Part shown: positions 45,324 through 48,768 of the stretch, in pieces
How positions within the stretch are numbered: the stretch's first letter is position 1
Layout of the letters: every line of letters starts with the position of its first letter
Assembly: GCA_028291565.1 (NCBI GenBank)
Contig: JAQGHT010000082.1
Span: forward strand, 1-48,768
Origin: Planctomycetaceae bacterium
GTDB lineage: Bacteria > Planctomycetota > Planctomycetia > Planctomycetales > Planctomycetaceae
Direction of reading: 5' to 3'
DNA length: 48,768 nt
Notes under the pieces: model-generated
Told to the model about the DNA's origin: nothing
Database searches by the model: none
The model's input: the letters and a program-made list of their open reading frames with translations, nothing else
Position numbers and translations under genes: made by a program

Positions 45324-46221
45324 GAAAAACAATTATCCCATCGATCGGGCACTGGCAAACGTGCAAATGTCGCGTATTTCAGGAAGTAGTTTGGTCAATG
45401 ATGCGGATGAGTTGGCTGTCGAAGAACCGCTGGAAATCCGGCTCGGCTGCGACGTGGAAGGCAAACGCATTCACCGCGCCGTCTCAATTACGATGCGTAC
45501 GCCCGGTCACGATCTGGAATTGGCGGTCGGATTTCTGTTTACCGAGGGAATTATCTTCGCACGGGATGAAGTGGCGGGGCTAGTCGCCTGCGGGGCCGGC
45601 AATGTTGCCCGAGTCAATTTGCGGCGCGGCAGCGAGGTGGACTTGTCGCGACTGGAGCGGCACTTCTACGCGACTTCAAGCTGCGGCGTGTGTGGCAAAG
45701 CGTCGCTGGATGCAGTGCGGGTTTGCCCCCGGAGTCGCCCTGTGGACGGCCTTCCCGTCGTCGACGCGGCTGTCATCCACCGGCTGCCGGCGACTTTACG
45801 GGCGGCCCAAGCCGTGTTCGACCGCACCGGCGGCCTACACGCATCGGCACTCTTCAATTCCCAGGGTGAAATGGTGTGCCTTCGCGAAGATGTCGGCCGG
45901 CACAACGCTTTGGATAAGTTGATCGGTGCTCAATTCCTGGCTGAGCGTACGCCCCTCACGCAAAGTGTGTTGCTGGTCAGCGGCCGGGTCAGCTTCGAAT
46001 TGGTTCAGAAGGCGGCGGTGGCGGGTATCCCCATTCTGGCGGCAGTCGGCGCTCCGTCGAGTCTGGCGGTCAGCCTGGCCCGCGAGCACGGCCTGACGGT
46101 CCTCGGCTTTGTGCGCGAAGATCGCTTCAACATCTACACTGGTAGCGAACGCATTCGTCATGCCGGAGCAATGAATCCGCTGCTGGATTATGAATCGCTG
46201 GAGCCGCCGCCACTCATCTAA
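45310..46221 (+). CDS. fdhD: FdhD formate-dehydrogenase accessory sulfurtransferase
   Basis: TSSCGVCGKASLD, GGLHASALF and EDVGRHNALDKLIG. The ORF overlaps the peroxidase stop. An alternative start is ATG 45367. Confidence 0.85.
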   Translation: MLLAEKNNYPIDRALANVQMSRISGSSLVNDADELAVEEPLEIRLGCDVEGKRIHRAVSITMRTPGHDLELAVGFLFTEGIIFARDEVAGLVACGAGNVARVNLRRGSEVDLSRLERHFYATSSCGVCGKASLDAVRVCPRSRPVDGLPVVDAAVIHRLPATLRAAQAVFDRTGGLHASALFNSQGEMVCLREDVGRHNALDKLIGAQFLAERTPLTQSVLLVSGRVSFELVQKAAVAGIPILAAVGAPSSLAVSLAREHGLTVLGFVREDRFNIYTGSERIRHAGAMNPLLDYESLEPPPLI

Positions 46222-46236
46222 TCGGGAGATTTTGTA

Positions 46237-48708
46237 ATGGATGAATTGAATCAAACGCCAGCGGAAAGTAGCACTTCCAGTGGACAATCCTCGGCCGATT
46301 ATCAGCCACAGCACGAAGTACCTCACACCTCAACGGCGCAAAACGAGGCGAAGGCGCCAGAGGCTCAATTGGTTGGCGGGCACGGTGATGTGAATCCGCA
46401 GATGTCTGAGCAATTGATGGGACTCCGTCAGCGAGAGCCGGAACGCAAAGCGACCGGAATCAAGGCCGTAATCTCCAGTTTTCACTATGCCTGGGGTGAG
46501 GCAGGGTTGATGCGCGGCACGTTGCCGCTCTTGCAGCTCAATCAGAAGGACGGCTTCGACTGTCCGGGTTGTGCCTGGCCTGACTCGGATGGCAAGCGTT
46601 CGAGATTCGACTTCTGCGAGAACGGGGCCAAGGCCGTTGCACATGAGTCGGATCGCCGCCGCATGACGGCGGAATTCTTCGCCTCCCACTCGGTAGCCGA
46701 ACTGTCGCAACAATCAGACTATTGGCTGGAACAACAGGGTCGATTAACCGAGCCAATGGTCCTCCGAGCGGGAGCGACGCACTACCAACCCATTTCCTGG
46801 GACGACGCATTCACCTTGATCGCAAGCGAGTTGAACGATTTGGCTTCGCCTGATGAGGCGATATTCTATACGTCCGGAAAGGCGCCGAATGAAGTCGCTT
46901 TTGCCTACCAACTTTTCGCGCGGCAGTTCGGCACGAACAACCTGCCCGATTGTTCCAATATGTGCCATGAAGCCAGCGGCACAGCGCTGAATCGCGTGTT
47001 GGGTTTCGGCAAGGGAACCGTCAAGCTGGACGACTTCGCCAAGTCACAACTCATTTTTGTCGTCGGCCACAATCCTGGGACAAATCACCCGCGAATGTTG
47101 ACTGAGCTCCAGGCCGCCAAACGGAATGGCGCCAAAATCATCGCCGTCAATCCTCTACCAGAGACTGGCCTGATCGCATTCATGAACCCACAAGAGCCTT
47201 TGGGATTGCTCGGCGCCGCCACGCCGATCGCTGACTTGTTTTTGCAAGTGCGGATCAATGGCGACGTGCCACTATTCAAGGGGATTCTCAAGGCGCTCAT
47301 CGAAGCCGAGGATCGTCAATCAGGTTCGGCCGTGGCGTGGGACTTCGTACGAGACCATACTGCGGGCGTGGAGACGCTGCTCAATGACGTTCGCTCCGCC
47401 TCTTGGGACGATATTGTACGGGTTTCGGGAATCGAGCGATCCCAGATTGAAACTGCCGCTGAATGGGCTCGGGCGACCGATCGCATCATTGTCAGTTGGT
47501 GCTTGGGGGTCACTCAGCATCACAATGGCCCAGGCAACATTCAGGAAATGCTCAACCTCTTGTTGCTGCGCGGAGCAATGGCGAAGCCCGGGGCTGGTGC
47601 GAGCTGCGTCCGTGGGCATTCGAACGTGCAGGGCGATCGCACCATGGGAGTGTGGGAACGTCCGAAGCCAGAGTTCCTGGATGCACTGTCCGAAGCGTTC
47701 CACTTCCAACCGCCGCGCGAGCACGGCTTCGACTCACAGAAGTCGGTCAAGGCGATGCACGACGGCCGCGGAAAGGTATTTGTCTCACTGGGCGGCAATT
47801 TTCTGCTCGCCCTTTCGGACACGGCCTATACCGCGGAGGCCCTCTCTCGCACGAACCTGACCGTGCGGATTGGCACAAAGCTCAATCGCTCCGACCTCGT
47901 CACCGGTCGGCAAGGACTGATTCTGCCCTGTCTCGGACGCACCGAGGCTGATATGTCTGCACCGACCAGCTCACGGCCCGCGACCCAACAATTTGTGAGT
48001 TGTGAGAACTCAATGGGAGTGGTCCAGTGGTCGCGGGGCACGTTCACCCCTGCTTCGCTACAGCTCATGGGCGAGACCGCTATCGTCTGCCGCATGGCTC
48101 ACGCCGTGCTCGGTAGTCGGACCACTGTCGATTGGCCCGCCTGGGCCGATGACTATGACCTGATTCGCGACGGGATCGCGAAGGTCATCCCAGGCTTCAA
48201 GGACTACAACGACCGGGTCCGGCAACTTGGAGGGTTCTATTTGCCGAATCCGCCGCGCGAAAATATCTATCAAACTGACACAGGCAAAGCGAACTTCTCC
48301 GTCAATCCCATCCCCGAGCATCATTTGGAGCCGGGCCAATTTGTCATGACGACTGTTCGCAGCCACGACCAATTCAACACCACAATCTACGGGCTGCACG
48401 ACCGCTATCGTGGACTGCACTACGAACGACGGATCGTGATGCTGAATCGTGAGGACATGGCCGAACTGGGGATTCCGCCTCGCGAATTGGTCGATGTGAC
48501 GAGCCACTGGAAAGGACAGACACGGACGGCCAACAACTTTCTCGCCGTTGAGTATCCAATCCCGCGACGTTGCGCAGCGATGTACTACCCCGAGGCCAAT
48601 GTGCTGATCCCAATTGAGAGCACGGAGCCCTTAAGCAACTGCCCCACCTTTAAACACACGATCATCAGCTTGCGACCGGCCAGAGGAAATCAGAACTCTT
48701 CCACTTAG
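46237..48708 (+). CDS. Molybdopterin oxidoreductase alpha subunit, YdeP / FdhF-like (Cys-type) family
   Basis: N-terminal Fe-S motif FDCPGCAWPD...FCENG, Mo-ligand region LPDCSNMCHEASG, and MGD-binding segments (FVVGHNPGTNHPR, SWCLGVTQHHNG). About 820 aa with no signal peptide. Confidence 0.85.
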   Translation: MDELNQTPAESSTSSGQSSADYQPQHEVPHTSTAQNEAKAPEAQLVGGHGDVNPQMSEQLMGLRQREPERKATGIKAVISSFHYAWGEAGLMRGTLPLLQLNQKDGFDCPGCAWPDSDGKRSRFDFCENGAKAVAHESDRRRMTAEFFASHSVAELSQQSDYWLEQQGRLTEPMVLRAGATHYQPISWDDAFTLIASELNDLASPDEAIFYTSGKAPNEVAFAYQLFARQFGTNNLPDCSNMCHEASGTALNRVLGFGKGTVKLDDFAKSQLIFVVGHNPGTNHPRMLTELQAAKRNGAKIIAVNPLPETGLIAFMNPQEPLGLLGAATPIADLFLQVRINGDVPLFKGILKALIEAEDRQSGSAVAWDFVRDHTAGVETLLNDVRSASWDDIVRVSGIERSQIETAAEWARATDRIIVSWCLGVTQHHNGPGNIQEMLNLLLLRGAMAKPGAGASCVRGHSNVQGDRTMGVWERPKPEFLDALSEAFHFQPPREHGFDSQKSVKAMHDGRGKVFVSLGGNFLLALSDTAYTAEALSRTNLTVRIGTKLNRSDLVTGRQGLILPCLGRTEADMSAPTSSRPATQQFVSCENSMGVVQWSRGTFTPASLQLMGETAIVCRMAHAVLGSRTTVDWPAWADDYDLIRDGIAKVIPGFKDYNDRVRQLGGFYLPNPPRENIYQTDTGKANFSVNPIPEHHLEPGQFVMTTVRSHDQFNTTIYGLHDRYRGLHYERRIVMLNREDMAELGIPPRELVDVTSHWKGQTRTANNFLAVEYPIPRRCAAMYYPEANVLIPIESTEPLSNCPTFKHTIISLRPARGNQNSST

Positions 48709-48734
48709 AGGCAAACAAACAACCTGACTACTCT

Positions 48735-48764
48735 CCCCTCGCCCCGGTAATCCGGGGAGAGGGG
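48735..48764 (+). terminator. GC-rich hairpin after the molybdoenzyme gene (terminator candidate; window ends before any T-tract)
   Basis: CCCCTC-G-CCCCGG-TAAT-CCGGGG-A-GAGGGG, located 27 nt after the stop at 48708. Confidence 0.4.
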
Positions 48765-48768
48765 TCGG

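Noticed and set aside
1-48768. Searched by eye for CRISPR arrays, integrases, transposases or IS ends, toxin-antitoxin pairs, restriction or other defence genes, and rRNA.
   Set aside because: None was recognised. The only repeats found are the short motifs and paralogous fragments already listed. A defence-island interpretation of this window is not supported.

Overview
This 48.8-kb window reads as a chromosomal segment of a Planctomycetota-like genome. That assignment is an inference from three things: an ECF sigma factor fused in arrangement to a Ser/Thr kinase with TPR repeats, a PQQ-type dehydrogenase carrying the planctomycete-style haem-binding tail, and very dense PAS-rich two-component signalling. 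I support about 36 protein genes plus several gene remnants. I found no rRNA, no intact tRNA, no CRISPR array, and no integrase or transposase.

Layout:
- 254-6522: an outer-membrane beta-barrel, a membrane protein, and the ECF sigma / STK pair.
- 6597-6698: a decapitated hydrolase remnant.
- 6699-13958: a long minus-strand redox operon (TrxR-like, YdcZ-like, SDR, FAD monooxygenase, DsbA/FrnE, Old Yellow Enzyme, tandem EthD-like). It is divergent from an HxlR regulator that carries a poly-A frameshift.
- 14192-21209: Dps, an MFS fusion, a secreted protein, an ABM membrane protein, DUF2934, an amidohydrolase and an isochorismatase.
- 21690-24400: a scar zone holding a tRNA 3' fragment, a fragment of an NtrC-type regulator gene, and a high-GC PQQ-dehydrogenase/cytochrome c gene with two frameshifts.
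- 24417-27681: an aldo-keto reductase, an HD hydrolase, and an oxalyl-CoA-decarboxylase homologue that lacks its central domain.
- 28280-34892: a hybrid kinase divergent from a sigma-54 activator, an MbfA-like iron exporter, and a truncated EamA gene.
- 34889-42082: four signalling genes (PAS hybrid kinase, NarL-type regulator, REC-HisKA_3 kinase, MEDS-PAS-HisKA_3 kinase).
- 42774-48708: a perfect sigma-54 promoter in front of an operon encoding a Tat-exported oxalate decarboxylase, a di-haem peroxidase, FdhD and a YdeP/FdhF-like molybdoenzyme.

The most interesting candidate system is this sigma-54-driven oxalate/formate module, taken together with the domain-deleted Oxc homologue, a shared 27-nt motif and the surrounding multi-kinase circuitry.

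All homology statements rest on motif recognition by eye and remembered reference sequences. No searches were run.
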